Assembly: GCA_964649215.1 (NCBI GenBank)
Contig: CAZYOV010000001.1
Location: 8,453-72,452, forward strand
Direction: 5' to 3'
Source: an uncultured Dehalococcoidia bacterium
GTDB lineage: Bacteria; Chloroflexota; Dehalococcoidia; SM23-28-2; RBG-16-64-32
DNA: 64,000 nucleotides
The position numbers and the translations under genes were made by a program. The notes under the pieces are model-generated. The model had not been told where the DNA came from. It saw only the letters and a program-made list of their open reading frames with translations, and made no database searches. Positions within the stretch are counted from its first letter, which is position 1. Each line of letters opens with the position of its first letter. Positions 9,938-19,532 of the stretch are shown here, piece by piece.

Positions 9938-11365
9938 ATGCGTGGATTCGCAGTCGTAGTTCTGATCATCATCGGCGGGATCTTATCCGTTCCCGGAACC
10001 ATTGGCCTCTGGGTGGAGAGAGAAATAGTTGACGAGGACAACTTCGTGGGGACAGTGAATGAGGCGTTCGAGGACGAGGCTGTCAGGACCGTGCTGGCGG
10101 AACGCCTCACGGACGCGGTGATGGAACGACTGGAGATACGGAGGCGAATAGGCGACGGCCTTGCCGACATACAAAGCCAGCGCCGCGAGGATGCACCAGG
10201 GGATCTGGTGCTGCTGGAGGGGCCTCTGACACTCGCTGCCCGTAACGTGATATTCGAAGTTTCGTTCAGAGTCGTCGATTCAGAGCTCGTCGCGGAGGTG
10301 CGCGACGTTTCGCTGAGAGCTGTGCACCGGGTCGTAACAGCGATCGTCAACAACGACAAGGAGCTCCTCGGCACCGTAGGCGACACTCTCGTGCTCGATC
10401 TCCGGCCGCTGCTGGAGGAGATCGTAAGGGAGATCGGGGGCGACAAGGGCGAAGAGTTGCTCGGTAACCTTGAAAACCTCGATATACCCGAGGACAGAGG
10501 AGTAATCGTCCTGGCGACGAAGTCCGATCTTGAGCCAGTCTGGACCATTGTCCAAGTCTTTGACCGCGGCAATCCCTGGTTGGCTATTGCGGCGGGAGTT
10601 CTGTTAGCCGTAGCTATCGCTATCGCCCGCAGTCGACGAAGGGCGGTGATCGGAGTGGGTATTACGGTCGCCGTGGTAGCCGCGCTAGAGGCCCTGGCCG
10701 TAGCGCAGCCTCTGAGAGAGGTCGCGGTTGACGGGCTTTCCGCGACGGAGTCCGGCCGAACTGCGGCCAAAGTCACCTACGACACCTTGGTTAGGAACTT
10801 TCTGCGCCAGCAGGTCATCGTCATGCTGATAGGGGTGGGGATGGTGGCAGGAGGTTCCCTAGCTATGGACACCGGCCTTCCGAAAGCGATCAGGTCCGCG
10901 TACCGCGGTCAGGCCGACGATCTGGCCGAATGGATCCGCGAGCGCGCATGGGCTCTTCGCATTGCCGGCCTGGGCCTGGGAGGCCTCTTGCTGATCACTT
11001 GGCCCGACCCGTCATCTCGGATGATCGTAACCGTCTTCGTCCTGCTAGCGCTCTATCTGGCCGTACTCACGATCGTCACTAGCGATGCCGCCTGGGCCGT
11101 CGGGATGCGATCACGAGGCGGCGAGCTGTGGGAACGCTACTTCCGTGTAGACGAGGCGACCGTGGCCGGCCCAACTGGGAAACGTACGCTCCCGGGCTGG
11201 GTTGCGGCACGGGCGGCATGGTTCCGCGTCATCGGGATCGCGACCGGGATCATATTCCTCGCCGCCTGGCCGTCAGTCACGTTCGGCCTGGTCGTTGTCA
11301 TAGTTGCCTTGGAGTTCCTCTACCTCGCCGCCATCGACATGATCGTCAATCGCGAATCGGGCTGA
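9938..11365 (+). CDS. Large integral membrane protein, unknown function
   Basis: ATG at 9938 after GGAGG. N-terminal TM, an acidic soluble region, then several C-terminal TM helices. Confidence 0.6.
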   Translation: MRGFAVVVLIIIGGILSVPGTIGLWVEREIVDEDNFVGTVNEAFEDEAVRTVLAERLTDAVMERLEIRRRIGDGLADIQSQRREDAPGDLVLLEGPLTLAARNVIFEVSFRVVDSELVAEVRDVSLRAVHRVVTAIVNNDKELLGTVGDTLVLDLRPLLEEIVREIGGDKGEELLGNLENLDIPEDRGVIVLATKSDLEPVWTIVQVFDRGNPWLAIAAGVLLAVAIAIARSRRRAVIGVGITVAVVAALEALAVAQPLREVAVDGLSATESGRTAAKVTYDTLVRNFLRQQVIVMLIGVGMVAGGSLAMDTGLPKAIRSAYRGQADDLAEWIRERAWALRIAGLGLGGLLLITWPDPSSRMIVTVFVLLALYLAVLTIVTSDAAWAVGMRSRGGELWERYFRVDEATVAGPTGKRTLPGWVAARAAWFRVIGIATGIIFLAAWPSVTFGLVVVIVALEFLYLAAIDMIVNRESG

Positions 11366-11378
11366 GTGGGAGAAGCCG

Positions 11379-12083
11379 ATGCCTGAGGAGCCCTCCTCTC
11401 CGCAGGAAGAACGAAGTGACCAGGACCTGCTGGACGAGATTTTCTCCCGCCTTCCTATGACTGAAGGGAGCTTCGTAGACTTCCTTTCGGCTGTGCTGCT
11501 GTCCGCCGCGGTGGTAGCCTCCGCGTTCAGCGCCTGGCAGGCGTCGCTGTGGAGCGGCGAACAGGCCACCCTGTTCGCAGAAGCCTCCACCGCCCGGCTC
11601 GAATCCAATAGGGAGTCAGGCATCGCCGTCACCAGGCTCAGCTATGATGCGGGCACTTTCGTCGATGCCGCCATAGCGGTCACGGTAGACAACCAGGACG
11701 CACTCGACCTGTTTCGAGAGCGCCTGTTCCGGGACCAGTTCAATGTCTTCGTTGATGAGTGGCTTGAGCTCGATCCGCTCAACAACCCCGACGCTCCCAA
11801 GACCCCGTTCGAGCTTGAAGGAGTCACTGACTCATATTTCGCGGAATCGATTCGGTTGGATGAGATCGCGAACGACAAGTTCAACGTGGGCAAGGAAGCC
11901 AACCGGAACAACGACAACTGGGTCCTTGCCACTGTCATGTTCGCCGGTGTTCTCTTCTTCGCGGGGATATCCACCAAGTTCAAGAGCGCCAGAATCCGGG
12001 CGCTGAGCGTCGCCTTCGCCACAATCGTCCTCGTAGCGGGCGGAGTCTGGCTTCTCAGCATGCCGCGCCTGATCGAGGTGTAG
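11379..12083 (+). CDS. Hypothetical membrane protein
   Basis: 234 aa. One TM near the N-terminus and two near the C-terminus. Follows 9938-11365 after a 13-nt gap. Confidence 0.55.
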   Translation: MPEEPSSPQEERSDQDLLDEIFSRLPMTEGSFVDFLSAVLLSAAVVASAFSAWQASLWSGEQATLFAEASTARLESNRESGIAVTRLSYDAGTFVDAAIAVTVDNQDALDLFRERLFRDQFNVFVDEWLELDPLNNPDAPKTPFELEGVTDSYFAESIRLDEIANDKFNVGKEANRNNDNWVLATVMFAGVLFFAGISTKFKSARIRALSVAFATIVLVAGGVWLLSMPRLIEV

Positions 12084-12176
12084 CTGACTTGGGGGGCTTG
12101 GGCCCTTCCTGTTCCGGCTACGGGTTGTGGCGGCCTCGGAGATCCTGGCGTGCCGCAAGGTTACCAGGAGGATGAC

Positions 12177-12968
12177 GTGAGAGACCTCCAAGGCGTCCGC
12201 GAAGACCAGCTCGCCGGGGGCTTCCTGCCCCTGCTGGCCTTGCTGGTGCTGCTGTTCGTCCTGGCGTTCCTTATCGATGAGTGGACGGCGGGCCGTGTAG
12301 CGCTGAGCTTCCTCTTCTTTGCGGTCTTGGTGACCGCCGTCAAGCTGTCGGTTCGCCGCCGGCGGAGTGTCCTGGTTGTCATGGCTGCGTCGGCCCTGTC
12401 ATGGGCCGCTGTCGTGGTCGACGAGATCTTCGGCGTTGTGGAGATTGGGGCAGCCGGGAGGATCGTGGTGCTGGCGCTGCTTGCGTTCGCGATCGTCTCC
12501 ATCCTTGGGCGCGTCGTCAGGGATGAAAGGGTGACGGTGAACACGGTCTACGGCGCCATATGTGTGTACTTCCTGCTCGTCCTGTTCTGGGCGTTCATCT
12601 TCATCCTGATCGAAGACATAGAGCCAGATTCGTTCTCGGGTATTGGCGGCGCGGGGGAGGAAGTCTCTGATTTTCTCTACTTCAGCATGGTGACGCAGAC
12701 GACTTTGGGGTACGGAGACATCACCCCGGTGTCGGGCTTGCCGCGGTCGCTCGCTGCCCTCGAGGCCTTTTTCGGGCAAGTGTTCTTGGTCGCGACGGTG
12801 GCGCGGTTGGTCGCGCTTCAGGTGGCGTACTCACGTCGGGGGCCGCAGACGTCCACCGGCACGCCACCTGAAGGCCAGGAGGCCATTCGAGGGACAGCGT
12901 CGAAGGGCAGAGCTCACGGCGAGCGGCCCCAGGACTCGGAAGACCGCAATGAGCTAGACGAAAGCTAG
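12177..12968 (+). CDS. Potassium channel family protein
   Basis: K+ selectivity filter FSMVTQTTLGYGDITPV preceded by TM helices. GTG at 12177 lies 5 nt after AGGAGG. The track ORF starts at 12150. Confidence 0.8.
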   Translation: MRDLQGVREDQLAGGFLPLLALLVLLFVLAFLIDEWTAGRVALSFLFFAVLVTAVKLSVRRRRSVLVVMAASALSWAAVVVDEIFGVVEIGAAGRIVVLALLAFAIVSILGRVVRDERVTVNTVYGAICVYFLLVLFWAFIFILIEDIEPDSFSGIGGAGEEVSDFLYFSMVTQTTLGYGDITPVSGLPRSLAALEAFFGQVFLVATVARLVALQVAYSRRGPQTSTGTPPEGQEAIRGTASKGRAHGERPQDSEDRNELDES

Positions 12969-12981
12969 AGGGAGGGCCGAC

Positions 12982-14046
12982 ATGAGTCCTGACGATCAGA
13001 CCGGGCGAGGGCGGATTCGCCAAGGGGACGGCGGTCAGCGCAAGTTCTGGAGCGTGTCGCGTCAGGTTGACCCCAGCGTACGGCGAGAGGTCCTGGGATC
13101 GCTGTTCTTCATCGGACCTAGGCTGCGTCCCTACCTGATTCGCTTCACGGTGCTACTGAGTCTCTCAGTGCTCATCGCGTCGTGGGGCGTACTCGACGAC
13201 TCGACTGCGGTAGTGATCGGCGGCATGCTGATAGCTCCGCTCATGACCCCGGTACTTGGCATTGCGGCCGCCACGGTCATGGCCTGGCCACGGCGACTCG
13301 GGACAGCGGTGCTGCAGGTTGCAATCGCCAGCGCGGGTGCGGTCACGATGGCGTGGCTGGTGGCGCTTTTTTTCCCGGACGGTGTGTACGCGCTGGTGCT
13401 CCCGGGTGAACTGGTGTCCAGGACCGAGCCCACCGTTCTGGATCTCGCTATAGCCCTCGCGGCCGGAGCCGCGGGCGCGTACGTTCTAGTCCACAAGGAG
13501 TCCGTATCTGCGCTGCCGGGAGTCGCAGTGGCGGTGGCGCTCGTGCCGCCGCTGGCGGTGGTCGGGATCTCGTTGGCGTTTGGAAATTACGATGATGCGG
13601 GGGGCGCTACGCTCCTGTATCTCACCAACCTGGCCGGCATCGTTCTGGCGGCGATGGTCGTGTTCGTGCTTACCGGGTTTGTGCCGGAGTTCCAGATCAG
13701 ACGCGGGTTCAAGGAGATCCGCCTCGGATTCGTCGTAGCCGCCATCTCCGTTTTCGTGATCTCGGTTCCGCTTCTCGCGAACTCGCTTCTCATTGTCAAC
13801 GACGCCCGGGATCAGTCTACCGTACGGGCAGAGGTTGAGAAGTGGCTCGGGGACGAGCCGTCGCTGGAAGTCGTGAAATTGGACGTGTCCGGGAATGACG
13901 TAACCGTGAACCTGGTGGGTCCGGAACCGCCGCCGCCGGCCGCCTCTCTGGGAACGGACCTCGCCGGCGCATTGGGCGGTGACGTTAACGTCACGGTCGG
14001 TTGGGTGAAGGAGGTAGAGGAATCGACAGGGCCGCAATCTGAATGA
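12982..14046 (+). CDS. DUF389-family integral membrane protein
   Basis: 354 aa with the DUF389-type motif VVIGGMLIAPLMTPVLGIAAA and multiple TM helices. RBS GAGGGAGGG. Confidence 0.7.
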   Translation: MSPDDQTGRGRIRQGDGGQRKFWSVSRQVDPSVRREVLGSLFFIGPRLRPYLIRFTVLLSLSVLIASWGVLDDSTAVVIGGMLIAPLMTPVLGIAAATVMAWPRRLGTAVLQVAIASAGAVTMAWLVALFFPDGVYALVLPGELVSRTEPTVLDLAIALAAGAAGAYVLVHKESVSALPGVAVAVALVPPLAVVGISLAFGNYDDAGGATLLYLTNLAGIVLAAMVVFVLTGFVPEFQIRRGFKEIRLGFVVAAISVFVISVPLLANSLLIVNDARDQSTVRAEVEKWLGDEPSLEVVKLDVSGNDVTVNLVGPEPPPPAASLGTDLAGALGGDVNVTVGWVKEVEESTGPQSE

Positions 14047-14090
14047 CGGGGCGTGCGGCGACGGGCCCACGCCGATTCGAAGCCTCATCT

Positions 14091-14158
14091 CTACCGAGAA
14101 TTCGGTACGAACGTACTTATCTCTAGCAATGCCCGGAGAGACCGCGGCGGGCTAAAGT
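14091..14158 (+). promoter_or_regulatory. Conserved bipartite upstream element, copy D (upstream of ECF sigma)
   Basis: CTACCGAGAATTCGGTACGAACGTACTTATCTCTAGCAATGCC-N19-TAAAGT. Lies 66 nt upstream of ORF 14224. Confidence 0.65.
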
Positions 14159-14223
14159 TGGACGAGCGGCGGGAAACATCGCTGCCAATAGACGACTGGC
14201 TGGAAGTGGACATCTAGAACGTC

Positions 14224-14859
14224 ATGACACGACTAACCGTGCAAGACAGGGCAGATTCAATGGATAGGACTCGTCATCTGCCGACGTCCAAGCGAGCAGC
14301 CGTCTCAATGACAGAAGGATGCAACGACGAGTCCCAACTGGTGGAGCGCGCTAAGGATATGGAGGAGGACGCCCTCGCCTCGCTCTACTCCATTTACTAC
14401 CCACGGATCTACAACTACGCGTTTTACCAGCTCGGGGACATCCAGGCAGCGGAAGATCTAGCGTCTGACGTTATGCTGAAGGTATTGGAGTCTATCCACG
14501 GGTACCGGTCCAAGGGACCGCCGTTTTCCGCCTGGGTTATCCGCATAGCGCGAAACAAGCTAATCGATCTCCATCGGCGGCGCAAGCGGAATGGAATGGT
14601 GAATCTGTGGGACCCGCCAGTAGCGATTGAATTGGCACCCGAGACTCTGGCGGAGCGGGCCCTTGACCGCGGACAGCTCCAGATCGCCCTAAAGTACCTT
14701 ACCGAAGTTCAGCGGCATGTCATCGTACTCCGGTTCATCGAGGGGTTCGATACTGCCACTGTCGCGCACACCCTGGGCCGAAGCGAGAGCGCCGTCAAGT
14801 CGGCGCAGCGCCGGGCGCTCAGGTCGCTCCGCGCCATCCTCGCGCGGAACGGGCGGTAA
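14224..14859 (+). CDS. ECF-type sigma-70 family RNA polymerase sigma factor
   Basis: Region 2 (IYNYAFYQLGDIQAAEDLASDVMLKVLESIHGY...FSAWVIRIARNKLIDLHRRR) and region 4 (QRHVIVLRFIEGFDTATVAHTLGRSESAVKSAQRRALRSLR). The start could be an internal Met (14260 or 14305). Confidence 0.85.
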   Translation: MTRLTVQDRADSMDRTRHLPTSKRAAVSMTEGCNDESQLVERAKDMEEDALASLYSIYYPRIYNYAFYQLGDIQAAEDLASDVMLKVLESIHGYRSKGPPFSAWVIRIARNKLIDLHRRRKRNGMVNLWDPPVAIELAPETLAERALDRGQLQIALKYLTEVQRHVIVLRFIEGFDTATVAHTLGRSESAVKSAQRRALRSLRAILARNGR

Positions 14860-14931
14860 CGCCGCCAACCGCTTGCTTGACTTCGCCCCCGGCAGTCGCC
14901 GATCCGGCGCCGCACGGCACAGCGGGGATGG

Positions 14932-14999
14932 CTACCGAGAATTCATTAGCAATATAACGATCCTTAGCCATGCGTTGACCTCTTAAGACTCCCGATACT
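14932..14999 (+). promoter_or_regulatory. Conserved bipartite upstream element, copy E (degenerate dyad)
   Basis: CTACCGAGAATTCATTAGCAATATAACGATCCTTAGCCATGCG-N19-GATACT. Lies 170 nt upstream of CDS 15169. Confidence 0.55.
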
Positions 15000-15040
15000 G
15001 GGTGGTAGTCGTAGCGGCCCATATCGAGCGCGGGTCGGTA

Positions 15041-15139
15041 TTGCAACAGGATGAAACCGGTAGAGGAGACCTCAAGGCCAAGGGGATCATCACGAACGAG
15101 GAGTTTGAGGTTAAGAAGAAGCTGTTGATCGGGCTCTAA
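15041..15139 (+). other. Orphan SHOCT-tail mini-ORF or gene fragment
   Basis: The frame ends ...GDLKAKGIITNEEFEVKKKLLIGL* (stop 15137-15139). There is no convincing start or RBS, only TTG at 15041. It is a near-duplicate of the fragment at 16454-16531. Confidence 0.3.
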
Positions 15140-15168
15140 GTGAGCCGTCAACGAGAGGAGGTCTTAGC

Positions 15169-15375
15169 GTGAAGACGATTATCTTAGGTGCTGTGGCATT
15201 GGCTGCGGGGGCCTGGCTAGTGATGCGCCGGCGCCGCCAATCGGAGCGCTCAGAAGAGGGAGAAGGCCCTGCGGACGAGACTGCCACCGGTCAGACGCTC
15301 AGGCCGATAGCGATGTCGAGCCACGGAGAGGAGGAGAGGCTTCCTGGACACACATCTGAAACCAAAGAAGCATGA
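15169..15375 (+). CDS. Small single-TM protein
   Basis: 68 aa, GTG start after GAGAGGAGG. TM IILGAVALAAGAWLVM followed by a charged tail. Confidence 0.45.
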   Translation: MKTIILGAVALAAGAWLVMRRRRQSERSEEGEGPADETATGQTLRPIAMSSHGEEERLPGHTSETKEA

Positions 15376-15417
15376 CAGATACATCGCTAAAGCGAAGATC
15401 GAGAAGGAGGAAGAGCG

Positions 15418-15906
15418 ATGAGCGAACTCGTCGTAGTGGCATTTGACAACGTGTCTGAGGCGGATCAGCTGATGGACAAGCTGGGGAAGCTGCAGAAGGA
15501 GCGCCTTATCACGTTAGATGACGCTGCCGTGGTCGTCCGGAAGCAGGACGGCAACGTGAAGGTCAAGCAGGCCCACAACCTGGTGGGGTCAGGCGCTGTG
15601 GGCGGGGCGTTCTGGGGAATGCTGATCGGCCTTCTGTTCTTGGCGCCCTGGCTCGGCCTCGCCATAGGTGCCGTGTCGGGCGCGCTCGCCGGGAAGCTGA
15701 CAGACGTAGGCATCGATGACAATTTCATCAAGGAGGTCGGCGCCACGATCAAGCCAGGAAACTCGGCCGCCTTCCTGCTGGTACGCGAATCCACGCCCGA
15801 CAAGGTCTTGGACGAGCTGAAGGGATTCAACGGCACCGTTCTGAAGACCTCACTGTCGAAGGAGAACGAGGCCAAGCTGAAGGTCGCCTTCGGCGCAGAG
15901 GAGTAG
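15418..15906 (+). CDS. DUF1269 membrane protein (subtype 1)
   Basis: 162 aa with LVVVAFDN...LITLDDAAVVVRKQDGNVKVKQAHNLVGSGAVGGAFWGMLIGLLF...GIDDNFIKEVGATIKPGNSAAFLLV. RBS GAAGGAGGAAG. Confidence 0.8.
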   Translation: MSELVVVAFDNVSEADQLMDKLGKLQKERLITLDDAAVVVRKQDGNVKVKQAHNLVGSGAVGGAFWGMLIGLLFLAPWLGLAIGAVSGALAGKLTDVGIDDNFIKEVGATIKPGNSAAFLLVRESTPDKVLDELKGFNGTVLKTSLSKENEAKLKVAFGAEE

Positions 15907-15940
15907 CGCGGACTGCCTGCGAGGATATGAGGTACTTACC

Positions 15941-16369
15941 ATGATAATCCGGGTAATAGTGGTCTTGGCCGTGTCCCTAATAGTGGCGGCGGCATGCTCC
16001 GATGATGACAGTAACGGCGACGCCAACGGCACTGCGGTCCCTTCCGTCTGCGATGAGGCGGACACTCTCCAGCAGTCTGTTGACGAACTCGCTCAGCTTG
16101 ACGTCATAGCGGCAGGCACTAACGGGCTGAACGCCGCGGTAGACCAGGTGCGAGTAGACGTCGAGAGCCTCTCGGCGCTGGTTGGCACTGAGGTGGCCCC
16201 CGAAGCGGCCGCCCTCACGGACGCTGTCGAGCAGGCGGACGAAACCTTCTCCACCCTGGAAGACCAAGAGAGCCTGCTCGCCGCCACCGCCGAAGTGGGA
16301 CTCGTCATCGCACAGGTGGCCACTGCAGCCGACGGGCTGAAGGAGGCGCTCTCGTTCGAGTGCGGTTGA
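15941..16369 (+). CDS. Acidic putative lipoprotein
   Basis: 142 aa. Signal plus lipobox (LIVAAAC), Asp/Glu-rich helical body, C-terminal Cys (FECG). Paralogue of 35572. Confidence 0.6.
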   Translation: MIIRVIVVLAVSLIVAAACSDDDSNGDANGTAVPSVCDEADTLQQSVDELAQLDVIAAGTNGLNAAVDQVRVDVESLSALVGTEVAPEAAALTDAVEQADETFSTLEDQESLLAATAEVGLVIAQVATAADGLKEALSFECG

Positions 16370-16453
16370 GCAAAACATCTCGGCAGAATTCCGCCACACT
16401 TGCAGCCCTGGACGGCCCGTTCGTATCCCAGGCCTTCGTCAGAGCGTGTATCG

Positions 16454-16531
16454 CAGACGGAGCTCAAGGCCAAGGGGATCATTGCGGACGACGAGTTCGA
16501 GGCGACATCGAAGCAGATCCTGGGGATATAG
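16454..16531 (+). other. Orphan SHOCT-tail fragment
   Basis: Reads QTELKAKGIIADDEFEATSKQILGI* with no in-frame start and no TM upstream. It shares CTCAAGGCCAAGGGGATCAT with 15071-15090. Confidence 0.3.
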
Positions 16532-16566
16532 CCCAGCAAGTCAACTAGCGGATAAGGAGGAAGCCC

Positions 16567-18924
16567 ATGCCCGAGTTGAACGAGTACAAGCCCGCGACCG
16601 CGTTCACCGGCGTCATCGGACGGACGTACGACCAATCCGAGCCGGCGTGGCCGGAACCGCTCCGCGCCAAAGAGGGCGCACCCAACGTACTGTTTTTCAT
16701 CCTAGACGATACTGGCTTCGGCCAGCTCGGCTGCTACGGCAGCCCGATCGACACGCCGAACCTGGACGCGCTCGCGGCGAACGGTCTCCTGTACAACAAC
16801 ATGCACACGACGGCCCTCTGCTCGCCGACGCGGACGTGCGTGCTGACGGGGCGGAATCATCACTCGAACGGCATGGCTGCTATCACGGAAGTCTCCACCG
16901 GATACCCCGGCTACAACGGCAACATCCCGTTCGAGAACGGGTTTCTGTCGGAGATGCTGCATCAGCACGGCTACAGCACGTACGCCGCCGGTAAGTGGCA
17001 CCTGACGCCGGCGGACCAGATATCCGCCGCGGGCCCTTACGACCGCTGGCCGCTCGGCCGCGGCTTCGAGCGCTACTACGGCTTTCTCAGCGGCGACACG
17101 CACCAGTACTATCCCGATCTGACGTACGACAACCATCGTGTCGAGCCACCGAAGACGCCGGAGGAAGGCTACCACCTGACTGAAGACCTGGCCGACAGGA
17201 CGATCTCTTTCATCGCCGACTCCAAACAGGTCGCGCCTAACAAGCCTTTCTTCTTCTATTTCGCCACAGGAGCGATGCATGCGCCACACCACGTGCCGAA
17301 AGAGTGGGCCGACCGCTACGCCGGCAAGTTTGACGATGGGTGGGAAGCCTATCGAGAGAAAACGTTCGCCAGGCAGAAGGAGCTGGGCATCGTCCCGCAG
17401 GATGCAGAGCTGTCCCGACACGACCCAGATGTGAAGCCGTGGGACGACTGCTCAGTGGAAGAGAAGAAGCTCTACGCGAGGATGATGGAGGTCTACGCGG
17501 GCTTCCTGGAGCACACGGATCACCAGTTCGGCAGGATCCTCGACTTCCTTAGGGCGATGGGCGAGCTGGACAACACGCTCATCATGGTGATCTCCGACAA
17601 CGGCGCGAGTTCCGAGGGCGGGCCGGAAGGTTCTGTGAACGAGAACCTCTTCTTCAACTTCGTGCCGGAGTCGCTTGAGGAGAACCTCGCGGCGATCGAC
17701 GAACTGGGCGGTCCGAAACACTTCAACCACTATCCGTGGGGCTGGACCTGGGCAGGCAACACGCCCTTCCGCCGCTGGAAGCGCGAGACCTATCGCGGCG
17801 GCATCAGCGACCCGTTCATCGTCCACTGGCCCCAAGGGATCAAGGCGAAGGGCGAAGTTCGCACCCAGTACGCCCATGCCACCGACCTGGTGCCCACGGT
17901 GCTGGAGGCTCTTGGCCTCGAACCGCCCACCATGATCAAGGGCGTCGCCCAATCTCCGATCGAAGGTGTGAGCCTTGCTCATACGTTTGACGATGCAAAT
18001 GCTCCCACTAAGCACGGTACCCAGTACTTCGAAATGATGGGCCACCGCTCGATCTACCACGATGGCTGGCGGGCGGTCTGCCCCTGGCCGGGCACGTCGT
18101 TCAGCGAATCCGGCAGGACGTTCGGAACGCCGATCCCGGCCGAAACGCTGACCGAGCTCGACGCGAACGACTGGGAGCTCTACCACGTCGCCGAGGACTT
18201 CGCCGAGAACCATGACATCGCAGCCGACAACCGGCCACGCCTGATCGAGATGATCGCGCAGTGGTATGTGGAGGCTGGCAAGTACAACGTGCTGCCGGTC
18301 GATGGTCGCGGGCAGCAACGCTTCGCCGACCCGCGACCACAGATAACCAGCGCACGCAGCAGCTACACGTACTACCCGGGTACGCAGGAGGTGCCGGTCA
18401 ACGCCGCTGCCCCAATCATCAACCGCCCCCACAGCATTACGGTAGACGTGGAGGTGCCGTCAGGTGGCGCACAGGGTGTGCTGATCTCACAGGGCGGCAT
18501 TGACGGCGGCTACACCCTCTTCGTAAAGGACGGCAAGCTTCAGTACGTCTATAGCTATGTCGCCCGAACCTTCTACCACGTTGAGTCGAACGTCGACGTC
18601 CCCGAAGGCCGTCATCAGCTGCGGTATGAATTCGAGGTCACTGGCGAGCCGGACATTCTGAAAGGCAAAGGGGCGGCGGGCCGCGGCCAGCTCTATATAG
18701 ACGGAGAGCTCGTCGGCCAGGTCGATATGCCCGTAACGAACCCGATAATGCTCGGACTCGCCAGCGGCGTGGCCGTCGGCGCGGACGCCGGCGCCCCCGT
18801 GACCGACGAGTACGAGCCGCCGTTTGAGTTCACCGGCACAATCCACAAGGTGGTCATCGACGTGAGTGGCGAACTTATTAGGGACACGGAGGCCGAGATG
18901 CGTGCCATCATGGCCCGGCAGTAG
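16567..18924 (+). CDS. Arylsulfatase, long AtsA-like form (Cys-type, CSPTR)
   Basis: 785 aa. Sulfatase signature FILDDTGFGQLGCYG...[17 protein letters not shown] (Cys codon 16819-16821), plus a ~250-aa C-terminal extension. RBS AAGGAGGAAG. Confidence 0.9.
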   Translation: MPELNEYKPATAFTGVIGRTYDQSEPAWPEPLRAKEGAPNVLFFILDDTGFGQLGCYGSPIDTPNLDALAANGLLYNNMHTTALCSPTRTCVLTGRNHHSNGMAAITEVSTGYPGYNGNIPFENGFLSEMLHQHGYSTYAAGKWHLTPADQISAAGPYDRWPLGRGFERYYGFLSGDTHQYYPDLTYDNHRVEPPKTPEEGYHLTEDLADRTISFIADSKQVAPNKPFFFYFATGAMHAPHHVPKEWADRYAGKFDDGWEAYREKTFARQKELGIVPQDAELSRHDPDVKPWDDCSVEEKKLYARMMEVYAGFLEHTDHQFGRILDFLRAMGELDNTLIMVISDNGASSEGGPEGSVNENLFFNFVPESLEENLAAIDELGGPKHFNHYPWGWTWAGNTPFRRWKRETYRGGISDPFIVHWPQGIKAKGEVRTQYAHATDLVPTVLEALGLEPPTMIKGVAQSPIEGVSLAHTFDDANAPTKHGTQYFEMMGHRSIYHDGWRAVCPWPGTSFSESGRTFGTPIPAETLTELDANDWELYHVAEDFAENHDIAADNRPRLIEMIAQWYVEAGKYNVLPVDGRGQQRFADPRPQITSARSSYTYYPGTQEVPVNAAAPIINRPHSITVDVEVPSGGAQGVLISQGGIDGGYTLFVKDGKLQYVYSYVARTFYHVESNVDVPEGRHQLRYEFEVTGEPDILKGKGAAGRGQLYIDGELVGQVDMPVTNPIMLGLASGVAVGADAGAPVTDEYEPPFEFTGTIHKVVIDVSGELIRDTEAEMRAIMARQ

Positions 18925-19004
18925 GACGCACGGAGACAAGCATGACAGCAGACAAGCCGGCAAAGGGGGCTGGGCGCGATCTGTAAGAGCGAAGGAGAAG
19001 CGTC

Positions 19005-19493
19005 ATGAGCGATCTGGTTGTGGTGGCCTTCGACAATGAAACCGATGCCGAGAAGCTGCAGGCCGAAATGAAGCGGCTGCAGAAGGAGCACCTCGTGACG
19101 CTTGAGGACGCCGCCGTCGTGGTCAGGAAGGCGGACGGCAAAGTCAAAGTCAAGCAATCAACCAGCCTGGTGGGTGCGGGCGCGCTCGGCGGGGCCTTCT
19201 GGGGCCTGCTGATCGGCCTGGTGCTCAGGGTAATGTGGTGGGGCCTTGCGGTTGGCATCGTGCTTGGCGCCCTCCGAGGCAAGTTCAAGGACATCGGCGT
19301 CGATGACAAATTCATCAAAGAGGTTGGCGAGACGATTCAGCCGGGCAACTCCGCGATCTTCCTGCTGATACGAGAGTCCACACCGGACAGGCTGATTGAC
19401 GAGCTGAAGGGGTACCGGGGCACGGTGTTGAAGACCTCGCTGTCGAAGGACGATGAGGCGAGGCTCCGCGCCGCATTTGGCGCGGAGGCCTAG
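19005..19493 (+). CDS. DUF1269 membrane protein (subtype 1)
   Basis: 162 aa, a close paralogue of 15418-15906 (LVVVAFDNETDAEKL...GVDDKFIKEVGETIQPGNSAIFLLI). Confidence 0.8.
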   Translation: MSDLVVVAFDNETDAEKLQAEMKRLQKEHLVTLEDAAVVVRKADGKVKVKQSTSLVGAGALGGAFWGLLIGLVLRVMWWGLAVGIVLGALRGKFKDIGVDDKFIKEVGETIQPGNSAIFLLIRESTPDRLIDELKGYRGTVLKTSLSKDDEARLRAAFGAEA

Positions 19494-19532
19494 GGTGGGT
19501 GGTCCGTCCGCCACCAGAGACGGAGGTGCAGA

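Noticed and set aside
14097-14106. GAATTC palindrome within element copies D and E as a possible restriction or methylation target
   Set aside because: It is simply the loop and inner stem of the element's first inverted repeat in these two copies. No R-M genes lie nearby.
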